This document shows, piece after piece, positions 9,132-18,772 of a DNA stretch of 24,000 nucleotides; position 1 is the stretch's first letter, and every line of letters begins with the position of its first letter. Location: the NCBI RefSeq assembly GCF_047425875.1, contig NZ_CP179727.1, positions 712,259 to 736,258 on the forward strand, read 5' to 3'. This DNA is from Macrococcus animalis. Its GTDB lineage: Bacteria > Bacillota > Bacilli > Staphylococcales > Staphylococcaceae. Below the pieces are notes generated by a model. That model was not told where the DNA came from and made no database searches. It worked only from the letters and a program-made list of their open reading frames with translations. A program made the position numbers and the translations under genes.

Positions 9132-9160
9132 ATAGTATCACGACAAGTAAGCGTTTGCAA
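9132..9160 (-). promoter_or_regulatory. Sigma-A promoter of the rbs operon
   Basis: Minus strand reads TTGCAA (9155-9160) - 17 nt - TGaTACTAT, i.e. an extended -10 (-10 hexamer at 9132-9137). Confidence 0.55.
9146..9159 (-). promoter_or_regulatory. cre-like site (CcpA) overlapping the rbs -35
   Basis: Minus strand TGCAAACGCTTACT, preceded by T, matches WTGNAANCGNWNNCW at every constrained position. Confidence 0.5.
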
Positions 9161-9220
9161 TATTGAATATAAATATTTTTTGTGATACATTAGTTAAAAT
9201 TTGTATTTAAAGGAGTATTT

Positions 9221-9529
9221 ATGATAAAAAGATAGTCAAAAGAGAAAATATTACTAGAGAGTTTCATATGTGATGAATTAAAAGGAAGACTCAAATGGTA
9301 TCAAGCTGTTCATCGTCATTCGCATGATCAACCGCCGAGATATTCATTGACACTTGATAAAGAAGAAATCTTTGCAACTAATACAATTAAGGTTGAGATG
9401 ACACGTGGAAGTTATTTTAATTTATCTGATTCAATAAAAGAAAAATTTGTATCAGAAATACTAGAAAGACCAGGAAATTCTAAGCTGATAAAGCATTTCA
9501 GTAATGATTCAGCTAAATTATCTTCCTAA
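9221..9529 (+). pseudogene. Small conserved-looking gene (103 codons) interrupted by an in-frame TAG at codon 5
   Basis: AGGAG 6 nt before ATG 9221. Reads MIKR*SKEKILLESFICDELKGRLKWYQAVHRHSHDQPPRYSLTLDKEEIF... in a single frame through to TAA 9527-9529. The track ORF (9347, TTG start) is only the tail and has no RBS. Confidence 0.5.
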
Positions 9530-9536
9530 AAAAACA

Positions 9537-9567
9537 AGTGTGCTGTATCATTTGAATACAGCACACT
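9537..9567. terminator. Bidirectional terminator between convergent genes
   Basis: Perfect 12-bp stem AGTGTGCTGTAT (9537-9548) / ATACAGCACACT (9556-9567). A-run upstream (9528-9534), T-rich downstream. Confidence 0.8.
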
Positions 9568-9574
9568 AACTTTA

Positions 9575-10099
9575 TTATTTACTTGATAACTCATCTTCAG
9601 TCATCCATTTATGATCTTTGACTAGTTTATCAGTTTTAGTATCTTTATAATCTACCACGTAAACATCCGTTTGTTTAACATCATCAATAGTTGCCTCAGC
9701 ACCCTTCATACCATCCATATGATTAGCTGCCATCTCAGCTTTCTCACCTTTTTTGAATCCTGACTTAGGTGCATCTTTCAACTCTTCATTTACTACCCAT
9801 TTATGATTTTCAACTTTCTTATCACCATTCTTAGGTTGATAACTCACTTCGTACACGTAAGTCGAATAAACTTCTTTAACTTTTCCCTCTGCATCTTTCA
9901 TACCAGGCATATGTTCCTCAGTAATCTTTACTTCATCACCAACATTATACTTAGGGTTTGTCGCTTTCACCATGTTCTTAGGTGTTACTTCATTATTATG
10001 ATTCATATGGGCATGTTCATCATGATTTGCTTCTTTGTAATCCCCACAACCTGAAAGTAAGATACCTGTACTAGCTATAATTGCAATTAATTTGTTCAT
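9575..10099 (-). CDS. copL: CopL/YdhK-like lipoprotein with two DUF1541-type repeats (putative extracellular copper-binding protein)
   Basis: Lipobox LLSGC. His-rich HDEHAHMNHNN. Two homologous ~58-aa modules (…EEHMPGMKDAEGKV…NHKWVVNEEL / …ANHMDGMKGAEATI…DHKWMTEDEL). RBS AGGAGTGG. A CsoR-like box sits in its promoter. Confidence 0.65.
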   Translation of the reverse strand: MNKLIAIIASTGILLSGCGDYKEANHDEHAHMNHNNEVTPKNMVKATNPKYNVGDEVKITEEHMPGMKDAEGKVKEVYSTYVYEVSYQPKNGDKKVENHKWVVNEELKDAPKSGFKKGEKAEMAANHMDGMKGAEATIDDVKQTDVYVVDYKDTKTDKLVKDHKWMTEDELSSK

Positions 10100-10132
10100 A
10101 ATATATCCACTCCTGTCCCTTCATTTGACTAC

Positions 10133-10161
10133 ATAATATACCCTATATGGGTATATGTCAA
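10133..10161 (-). promoter_or_regulatory. Sigma-A promoter with a CsoR-like operator filling the spacer
   Basis: Minus strand reads TTGACA (10156-10161) - 17 nt - TATTAT (10133-10138). The spacer carries the inverted repeat ATATACCC-N5-GGGTATAT (10136-10156), a TACCC...GGGTA type box. Confidence 0.6.
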
Positions 10162-10166
10162 TTGAT

Positions 10167-10205
10167 AGAAAAAACTCAATGAATGACTGTTATATTCACT
10201 GAGTT
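10167..10205 (-). terminator. Rho-independent terminator of the lipoprotein gene at 10216-10797
   Basis: Minus strand reads AACTCAGTGAAT - 9-nt loop - ATTCATTGAGTT (12 bp including one G.U), followed by TTTTTCT. Confidence 0.75.
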
Positions 10206-10215
10206 AAATCACCTA

Positions 10216-10797
10216 TTATTGTCCCGGATTCACACCGTATTCTTGTAGCCAAGCTTGATTCATAACTTCTGTTGCCTCACGTAGCTTTTGATCATATTGT
10301 TCTTGAGTAATTAAACCTGCTTCTAAATCTGCAGATGCCTGACGTTCAATAGCACCTTTTTTATTACCAGCTTCTAGAATTGCCGGTGTGCGACAAGCTT
10401 CAGGAATGCCACCTCTTATTCCCTTACAGAATTCTAATCGTTGTTGCTCCGTTGGTTGATTATTGTTCACCTGCTCGTCAGACACTGGCTGTTGTTGTGT
10501 CGGTACTTCTTGCGTTGCTGGTTCCTGAGTTACAGGTTGTTCAGTTGTTTGTTGCTCCACTGTTGCTGGTTGTTGTGCAGTCTCTTCTGTCGATGTTGGT
10601 TCAGTAGATTTTTTATCGCTCTCTTTTTCTTTGTTTTTAGCGATTTTTTCTTTCGCTTTTTCTGCTTTACTAGCCTCTTCTTTTTTCGTTTCACTTACTT
10701 CTTTCTTCGGCGATTCAGCTTTTTTCTCTTCCTCTTGACCGCCACACCCTGTTAATAATACTGATAATGCGACAAATACTGATAAATATTTTTTCAT
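10216..10797 (-). CDS. Lipoprotein with an E/K-rich and Q/T/P-rich low-complexity linker and a small Cys-containing C-terminal domain
   Basis: Start taken at ATG 10797 (MKKYLSVFVALSVLLTGCGG, lipobox LLTGC), with GGGAG 8 nt upstream. Linker reads EEKKAESPKKEVSETKKEEASKAEKAKEK...EQQTTEQPVTQEPATQEVPTQQQP. C-terminus reads CKGIRGGIPEAC...LEAGLITQEQYDQKLRE. Confidence 0.6.
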   Translation of the reverse strand: MKKYLSVFVALSVLLTGCGGQEEEKKAESPKKEVSETKKEEASKAEKAKEKIAKNKEKESDKKSTEPTSTEETAQQPATVEQQTTEQPVTQEPATQEVPTQQQPVSDEQVNNNQPTEQQRLEFCKGIRGGIPEACRTPAILEAGNKKGAIERQASADLEAGLITQEQYDQKLREATEVMNQAWLQEYGVNPGQ

Positions 10798-10916
10798 CGA
10801 TAAAACTCCCGTCCATAAAATTAAGTTCACAATTATTTTAACATATATTTAACTTATATTTTAATTATTTAAGTAATAAAAAAGTATTTACTTAATAAAT
10901 CATATCGCTCATTTTT

Positions 10917-11429
10917 TCAAGATAATTCTTCATTATTTTTTCTCGATGGTTGTAATAAGATAAAGAACAAACACATCGTGATGATGATGTTTAATATCAT
11001 TGTGAGACTGTCCCCATTATCTGTATGCAGAAACGTATTCAATTCCTTTGATCCTCCTGGTATGCCAAATGTATTAAAGAGATTGATTAAGATCAGTAAG
11101 ATATATAGACCCAGTGACCATATCCAGTGAAATCGTGTATCTCGCGTGCGACGTATAATGAGTGATGCTGTCATGATTAGTAATGGCAATAAAAGTGCAC
11201 AAAATAGTATTATGCCTATAATCCCTGCAACAATAACTTCCATAATAAAGATAAAAGATATTGACTTTCCGAACGCTTGAACGAAGTAATCAAATGAATA
11301 TAAAGCACCGATAATACTCAGCACAACGATGATAACTAGCAACAGGGCATTGATTAATAGTCCTATCAAAAATTGCGGTCGTGTGAGTCGTCCTTGGAAT
11401 GTAATCATTTCTTTCATACGCTTAAACAC
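10917..11429 (-). CDS. DUF805-like integral membrane protein
   Basis: N-terminal GRLTRPQFLIGLLINALLL pattern typical of DUF805, followed by four hydrophobic segments. The start is uncertain: GTG 11429 lies 8 nt after GGAGG, and the track ATG 11453 and ATG 11417 are alternatives. Confidence 0.55.
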   Translation of the reverse strand: MFKRMKEMITFQGRLTRPQFLIGLLINALLLVIIVVLSIIGALYSFDYFVQAFGKSISFIFIMEVIVAGIIGIILFCALLLPLLIMTASLIIRRTRDTRFHWIWSLGLYILLILINLFNTFGIPGGSKELNTFLHTDNGDSLTMILNIIITMCLFFILLQPSRKNNEELS

Positions 11430-11709
11430 GATTATCACCTCCACTTTCTTCATCTTAATTATAATATGAAATATGATTAATAAGATGAGATATTCATCAC
11501 GGGTATCTCAATAAATTAATTAATCCAATTGAGTAAGAATCTGATGATTAAATAATTAAAGTACTCATATATGTGAGTAACCTCACTTTGTCATTTCATC
11601 ATGACATTAAAATAAGTGATTCATTACAATATCTTGAACAGAACCCTTCCAACAACATCAAATTTTGAAGATTTGGTATGCTAAAGAAAAGTTGAAAGGG
11701 GTTACACAT

Positions 11710-12897
11710 ATGACACTAAAAGATACATTATTCAATGCTTTAGATCAGAAAAAATCGCGTATGTTAGAGATTCGCCGCTACTTACATCAACATCCTGAAC
11801 TGTCTTTTCACGAAGAAAAAACATCAGCATACATTCAAGACTTCTATAAGGATAAAGATGTTACAGTGCATACCAATGTTGGTGGTGGACATGCAGTAAT
11901 CGTGGATATTGAGAGCGGCAATCCAGGAAAAACAATTGGATTAAGAGCTGACTTCGATGCATTACCGATTCAAGAAGAAGCAGATGTAGCCTTTAAATCA
12001 GAGCATGAAGGCGTGATGCATGCCTGTGGTCACGATGCGCATACTGCTTACTTGTTAATTCTGGCTGAGTCATTAATTGAAGTGAAAGCTAAGCTTTCAG
12101 GAACGATTCGAATCATCCACCAACATGCAGAAGAAGTACCTCCTGGTGGGGCGAAAGGTATTGTTGAATCTGGTATATTAGATAATCTAGATGAAGTATA
12201 CGGTATTCATGTCTTCCCATTTGTGGATCAAGGTAAGATTGAAATTCACGAAAAAGAAACCTATGCTGGACGCTCAAACTTTGATATCGAAATTCAAGGG
12301 AAAGGTGGACATGCGGCATTACCACAAACATCAAATGACGCGTTAGTAGCGGGCGCATATCTAGTCACGCAGTTACAAACTATCGTATCTCGACGCATGG
12401 ACCCAAGAGAATCTGTCGTTGTAACCGTTGGTGCATTTGAAGCACCAGGTGGATACAACGTCATTCAAGACAAAGTGACGTTAAGAGGGACTGTACGTTA
12501 CTTAAACGAAGATTCGAAAGAACCAGCATATCAGGAAATTAAGAATCAAGTGGAAGGATTAGAGAAGACGTTTGGCGTTAAAGTAAATCTAGATTATAAA
12601 TTTGATTATCCTGTTCTCTACAATCATCCTGAACAAACCAATGCCTTACGAGAAATATTCAAACAAAGTGAAGGTAGTTATTTCGAAGAAGTCGTTGAAG
12701 GACAAGCCTTATCAGGTTCAGAGGACTTTGCATATTATTTAACAAAGACACCTGGGACATTCTACATCGTCGGAGCAAAGCCAGAAGGTGTTGAAACACC
12801 ATATCCAAACCATCATCCGAAATTTATGATTAATGAAGATTCAATGATGGTATGTGCGAAGTCATTGGCAGAAGTTGTGTTGAATAGAATGGCATAA
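11710..12897 (+). CDS. M20D-family amidohydrolase (N-acyl-amino acid amidohydrolase / hippurate hydrolase type)
   Basis: Motifs LRADFDALPIQE, MHACGHDAHT and GGHAALP. Start taken at ATG 11710, 8 nt after AAAGGGG. The TTG at 11665 in the track has no RBS. Confidence 0.85.
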   Translation: MTLKDTLFNALDQKKSRMLEIRRYLHQHPELSFHEEKTSAYIQDFYKDKDVTVHTNVGGGHAVIVDIESGNPGKTIGLRADFDALPIQEEADVAFKSEHEGVMHACGHDAHTAYLLILAESLIEVKAKLSGTIRIIHQHAEEVPPGGAKGIVESGILDNLDEVYGIHVFPFVDQGKIEIHEKETYAGRSNFDIEIQGKGGHAALPQTSNDALVAGAYLVTQLQTIVSRRMDPRESVVVTVGAFEAPGGYNVIQDKVTLRGTVRYLNEDSKEPAYQEIKNQVEGLEKTFGVKVNLDYKFDYPVLYNHPEQTNALREIFKQSEGSYFEEVVEGQALSGSEDFAYYLTKTPGTFYIVGAKPEGVETPYPNHHPKFMINEDSMMVCAKSLAEVVLNRMA

Positions 12898-12903
12898 ACA
12901 AAG

Positions 12904-12937
12904 AAGAGATTGTGTTAAACAGCACAATCTCTTTTTC
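12904..12937. terminator. Terminator between the convergent amidohydrolase and ABM genes
   Basis: Perfect 11-bp stem AAGAGATTGTG (12904-12914) / CACAATCTCTT (12923-12933), followed by a T-run on the plus strand. Confidence 0.8.
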
Positions 12938-12939
12938 TA

Positions 12940-13263
12940 TTATTCTCTTATAAACTTCGCATCATGTTCGCCTAATTCATCTGAAACATAACGTTCTACT
13001 TTCATTCGTAAATCATATTTCTCACGGAGTTCAGTAATCTCTGCCATCATCGGAGAAGCATGATGCTGATCAATTGCGTCTTGACTCACCCAACTATCAA
13101 TCAATAATACAGTTTCAGCATCATCTACCGGAATAAAATACTCATAACGCGTATTCCCAGGTTGCGCTTTAATTCTGTCTACGATACCTGTCTTTGCCAT
13201 TTCATCTGCAAACTTACGTGCATTACCGTTCCTACCTGTGTAATAAATATTTACTGTAATCAT
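12940..13263 (-). CDS. ABM-fold (antibiotic biosynthesis monooxygenase-like) small protein
   Basis: 107 aa. Pattern NTRYEYFIPVDDAETVLLIDSWVSQDAIDQHHASPMM is typical of the ABM / quinol monooxygenase fold. RBS GGAGTG. Confidence 0.65.
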   Translation of the reverse strand: MITVNIYYTGRNGNARKFADEMAKTGIVDRIKAQPGNTRYEYFIPVDDAETVLLIDSWVSQDAIDQHHASPMMAEITELREKYDLRMKVERYVSDELGEHDAKFIRE

Positions 13264-13308
13264 AAAATCACTCCTTTGATACTATATTATCAAATGTAGT
13301 ATGCAATA

Positions 13309-13351
13309 CAAAAACGAACAACCAAATCATTAACTGATTTGGATGCTCGTT
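13309..13351 (-). terminator. Rho-independent terminator ending the bgl operon
   Basis: Minus strand reads AACGAGCATCCAAATCA - GTTAA - TGATTTGGTTGTTCGTT (with G.U pairs), followed by TTTTTG. Confidence 0.7.
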
Positions 13352-13356
13352 CTAAA

Positions 13357-16658
<3,302 letters not shown>

Positions 16659-16699
16659 GGTATTCACTCGCCTTCATAATTTTTGAGTAACAATACAAC

Positions 16700-16767
16700 A
16701 AAAAAAGACCTAAATCATAAATAGACATAAATATCCCATAAGGTACGTCTATTAATGATTTAGGTCT
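16700..16767 (-). terminator. Conditional (LicT-controlled) leader terminator upstream of bglP
   Basis: RNA reads AGACCUAAAUCAU-UA-AUAGAC...GUCUAU-UU-AUGAUUUAGGUCU followed by U7. The 5' arm overlaps the RAT. Confidence 0.8.
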
Positions 16768-16790
16768 CGCCTGCCGAACAGTTACAATCC
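16763..16790 (-). promoter_or_regulatory. Ribonucleic antiterminator (RAT) target of LicT/BglG-family proteins
   Basis: Minus strand GGATTGTAACTGTTCGGCAGGCGAGACC closely matches the B. subtilis bglP/licS RAT, GGATTGTTACTG-N4/5-GCAGGCAAAACC. It overlaps the terminator's 5' arm. Confidence 0.85.
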
Positions 16791-16808
16791 TAAACAATTA
16801 ATTGTTTA
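16791..16808. repeat. Perfect 18-bp palindrome TAAACAATTAATTGTTTA in the bglP leader
   Basis: Read directly. It lies between the predicted -10 (16827-16832) and the RAT. Confidence 0.9.
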
Positions 16809-16826
16809 TTTTGTTTTCTCCACATA

Positions 16827-16854
16827 AATATAACACACAATTTCTAATTGTCAA
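16827..16854 (-). promoter_or_regulatory. Candidate sigma-A promoter of bglP-bglA, embedded in the 3' end of licT
   Basis: Minus strand reads TTGACA (16849-16854, within the last licT codons GTT GAC AAT TAG) - 16 nt - TGtTATATT (-10 at 16827-16832). Confidence 0.55.
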
Positions 16855-17686
16855 CGCTTTCATTTCTGTTTATTAATCTTTGTATATGAATTGTCAAATA
16901 TAATAACTCTTCAACGGACATCTCATGATTGTATTTCTTACTCAGAAAATTATCAATCTTCTTGACACACTTGTGCGCATCAGGATACTTGAGCCGAACA
17001 ATCTCGTATAACTCTACTTCTCCATTATTAAATGCCTGTTTCATAAAAATGCGCTGCGCTAAAAACTTCAAATGGGTAACAAATCGAAAATACGTTAAAC
17101 TCTCTTCGTCAAAATTAATTCTAAAATGATACTTCACTAAACTTAAAATATTATGAACCATCTCAGTCACTTGATTATAATCTGCCAAGTTATTATTTTC
17201 TGCATTCAACAAATGAATGGCGATAAAGCCCGCTTCTTCTTCAGACAAACGTACATCCAACTTTTCTTCAACAATACTTAGTGCACGACGCCCCATCTCA
17301 TACTCAGTGTGATAAAACTTCTTGATTTCCCATAACAAACCATTCTTGATCTCCATACCATCACGCTTACGTTCAATCGCGAAATTAATATGATCTGTTA
17401 ACGCCACATAAATCGTATCACTTAATTGTTTATTGTATTCCACTTTTGCCATATCAATAATTGCTTCTACAGCTTGTACTACCTCGATTGGTACTTCAAT
17501 TAGTAAAGTTTTGAAACGCTCAGAAATTTCTTGGTTACTGAGTTCGAAAATTTTATCTATTTTTGACGCTTCAACAATATCACCCTCTTGTTTTTGGAAC
17601 CCAATACCTTTACCCATAACCACCTGTTCTTGGTTATTTTGAATCACACTGATGACATTGTTATTGATAATTTTATTGATCTTCAT
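16844..17686 (-). CDS. licT: BglG/LicT-family PRD-containing transcription antiterminator
   Basis: CAT RNA-binding domain MKINKIINNNVISVIQNNQEQVVMGKGIGFQK, followed by two PRD-like regions. RBS GAGGTG. A RAT site lies downstream. Confidence 0.9.
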   Translation of the reverse strand: MKINKIINNNVISVIQNNQEQVVMGKGIGFQKQEGDIVEASKIDKIFELSNQEISERFKTLLIEVPIEVVQAVEAIIDMAKVEYNKQLSDTIYVALTDHINFAIERKRDGMEIKNGLLWEIKKFYHTEYEMGRRALSIVEEKLDVRLSEEEAGFIAIHLLNAENNNLADYNQVTEMVHNILSLVKYHFRINFDEESLTYFRFVTHLKFLAQRIFMKQAFNNGEVELYEIVRLKYPDAHKCVKKIDNFLSKKYNHEMSVEELLYLTIHIQRLINRNESVDN

Positions 17687-17760
17687 AGCTTCACCTCGGC
17701 ACCCTCAGATTCGTAATCTTATTGTGCCATACTTATATAAAAATTATCAATTGTTGTTTT

Positions 17761-17791
17761 AAAAAAGCCCAGAATATCTTCTGGACTTTTT
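17761..17791 (-). terminator. Rho-independent terminator ending the xyl operon
   Basis: Minus strand reads GTCCAGAA-GATA-TTCTGGGC (8 bp, one G.U) followed by TTTTTT, 3 nt after the epimerase stop. Confidence 0.75.
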
Positions 17792-17794
17792 GAA

Positions 17795-18760
17795 TTATAA
17801 ATTTCTAAACTGATAAACCGTTCTATAAATCTTTTCACCATCAATTAATGGTGGGCTTTCTGAATTCACACTGTTGGGTTCAAATTGTGTTTCTAAACAT
17901 ACACCAGCGAACTGATCATAAATTACTCCATCTTTCCCTGGTACATTGTCTAAACCATTTCCTGTGTATAGTTGCACACATGGCATATCAGTAAATACAT
18001 CCATTGCAATACCTGTTTGATCTCCTATCAGCGTTGCCACTTTATTTGCGCTACGATGATTGAGAATATAATTATCGTCAAAGCCTGAAGCTTGTTGTTC
18101 TCCAATTACGCTCTCAGTCGAAAAGTCCATCGGTGTATTCAATACATCTGCATGACCTTTTGGAATGCTTTCATTATCTAATACTGAATATTGTCTACTA
18201 TCAATCCATAATCGATGTTTCATAACACTTCCGGAATCGTGTCCATTTAAGTTAAAGTAACTATGATTGGTTGGATTAAACACAGTTGGTCTGTCACTTT
18301 CACCATGATAAGTTATTGTTAAAGCATTATCATCGGTAATTGTATATGTCACGGCTAACTTTAATTCCCCGGGAAATCCTTGATCCAGGTGTGGACTGAC
18401 AAGTTTAAAAGTAATCGTGCTGGATGCACTTGATACGACTTCCCAACGTCTTAGTTGATAGCCATCATTACCACTATGTAACGTATTATTGCCTTCATTC
18501 GTTTCAATGTGATAACGTTCATCATTTAGTTCAAATGTTCCTTTAGCTATTCGGTTTGCTACTCTTCCGATAATGCCACCGAAGTAACATGTTGGATAAT
18601 CAAAGTATGCACTATCATCATCAAATCCAAGGACTACATCATATCTCTGATTGTTTTTAGGAACTAGAATCTTTGTAATCGTTGCTCCTAAATCTGATAA
18701 TTCAATGGCAATACCATTGTTATTTTCAATAGAATACCTTTTAAATAAATGTTTCGTCAT
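17795..18760 (-). CDS. galM: Aldose 1-epimerase (mutarotase)
   Basis: Motifs NPTNHSYFNLNG, LHSGNDG and CLETQFEPNS. Start taken at ATG 18760 (MTKHLF), 8 nt after AAGGTG. The upstream GTG and ATG sit too close to the RBS. Confidence 0.85.
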   Translation of the reverse strand: MTKHLFKRYSIENNNGIAIELSDLGATITKILVPKNNQRYDVVLGFDDDSAYFDYPTCYFGGIIGRVANRIAKGTFELNDERYHIETNEGNNTLHSGNDGYQLRRWEVVSSASSTITFKLVSPHLDQGFPGELKLAVTYTITDDNALTITYHGESDRPTVFNPTNHSYFNLNGHDSGSVMKHRLWIDSRQYSVLDNESIPKGHADVLNTPMDFSTESVIGEQQASGFDDNYILNHRSANKVATLIGDQTGIAMDVFTDMPCVQLYTGNGLDNVPGKDGVIYDQFAGVCLETQFEPNSVNSESPPLIDGEKIYRTVYQFRNL

Positions 18761-18772
18761 GTTCATCACACC

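Noticed and set aside
8129-9190. Long version of rbsR starting at 9190 (MYHKKYLYSILQ...)
   Set aside because: The extra 33 codons run across the promoter, both operators and the RBS. The canonical LacI HTH begins at the Met at 9091, which has a GGAGGGG RBS.
9803-10755. Plus-strand ORFs 9803-10054, 10380-10607 and 10441-10755
   Set aside because: They are antisense to the two lipoprotein genes. Their translations are F/L/C-rich low-complexity mirror images of the E/K/Q-rich linker.
10861-10916. Possible terminator after the DUF805 gene (TTAAGTAA...TTACTTAA)
   Set aside because: The 8-bp stem is almost entirely A/T, with an 11-nt loop and no U-tract. It is too weak to call.
11454-11709. 256-bp intergenic region inspected for a riboswitch, T-box, sRNA or small ORF upstream of the amidohydrolase
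   Set aside because: No T-box or S-box core sequences and no convincing terminator/antiterminator pair. There are only short 5-6 bp inverted repeats and peptide ORFs of 9 codons or fewer without an RBS. It most likely holds only the two divergent promoters.
16929-17642. Plus-strand ORFs 16929-17129 and 17433-17642
   Set aside because: They are antisense to licT and have no start signals.
17698-17728. Possible second RAT or attenuator upstream of licT
   Set aside because: The leader forms a nested hairpin (GGCAC...AGATT-ACG-AATCT...GTGCC). It has no similarity to the GGATTGTTACTG...GCAGGC RAT consensus and is not followed by a U-tract. It is probably just a 5' stabilising stem.
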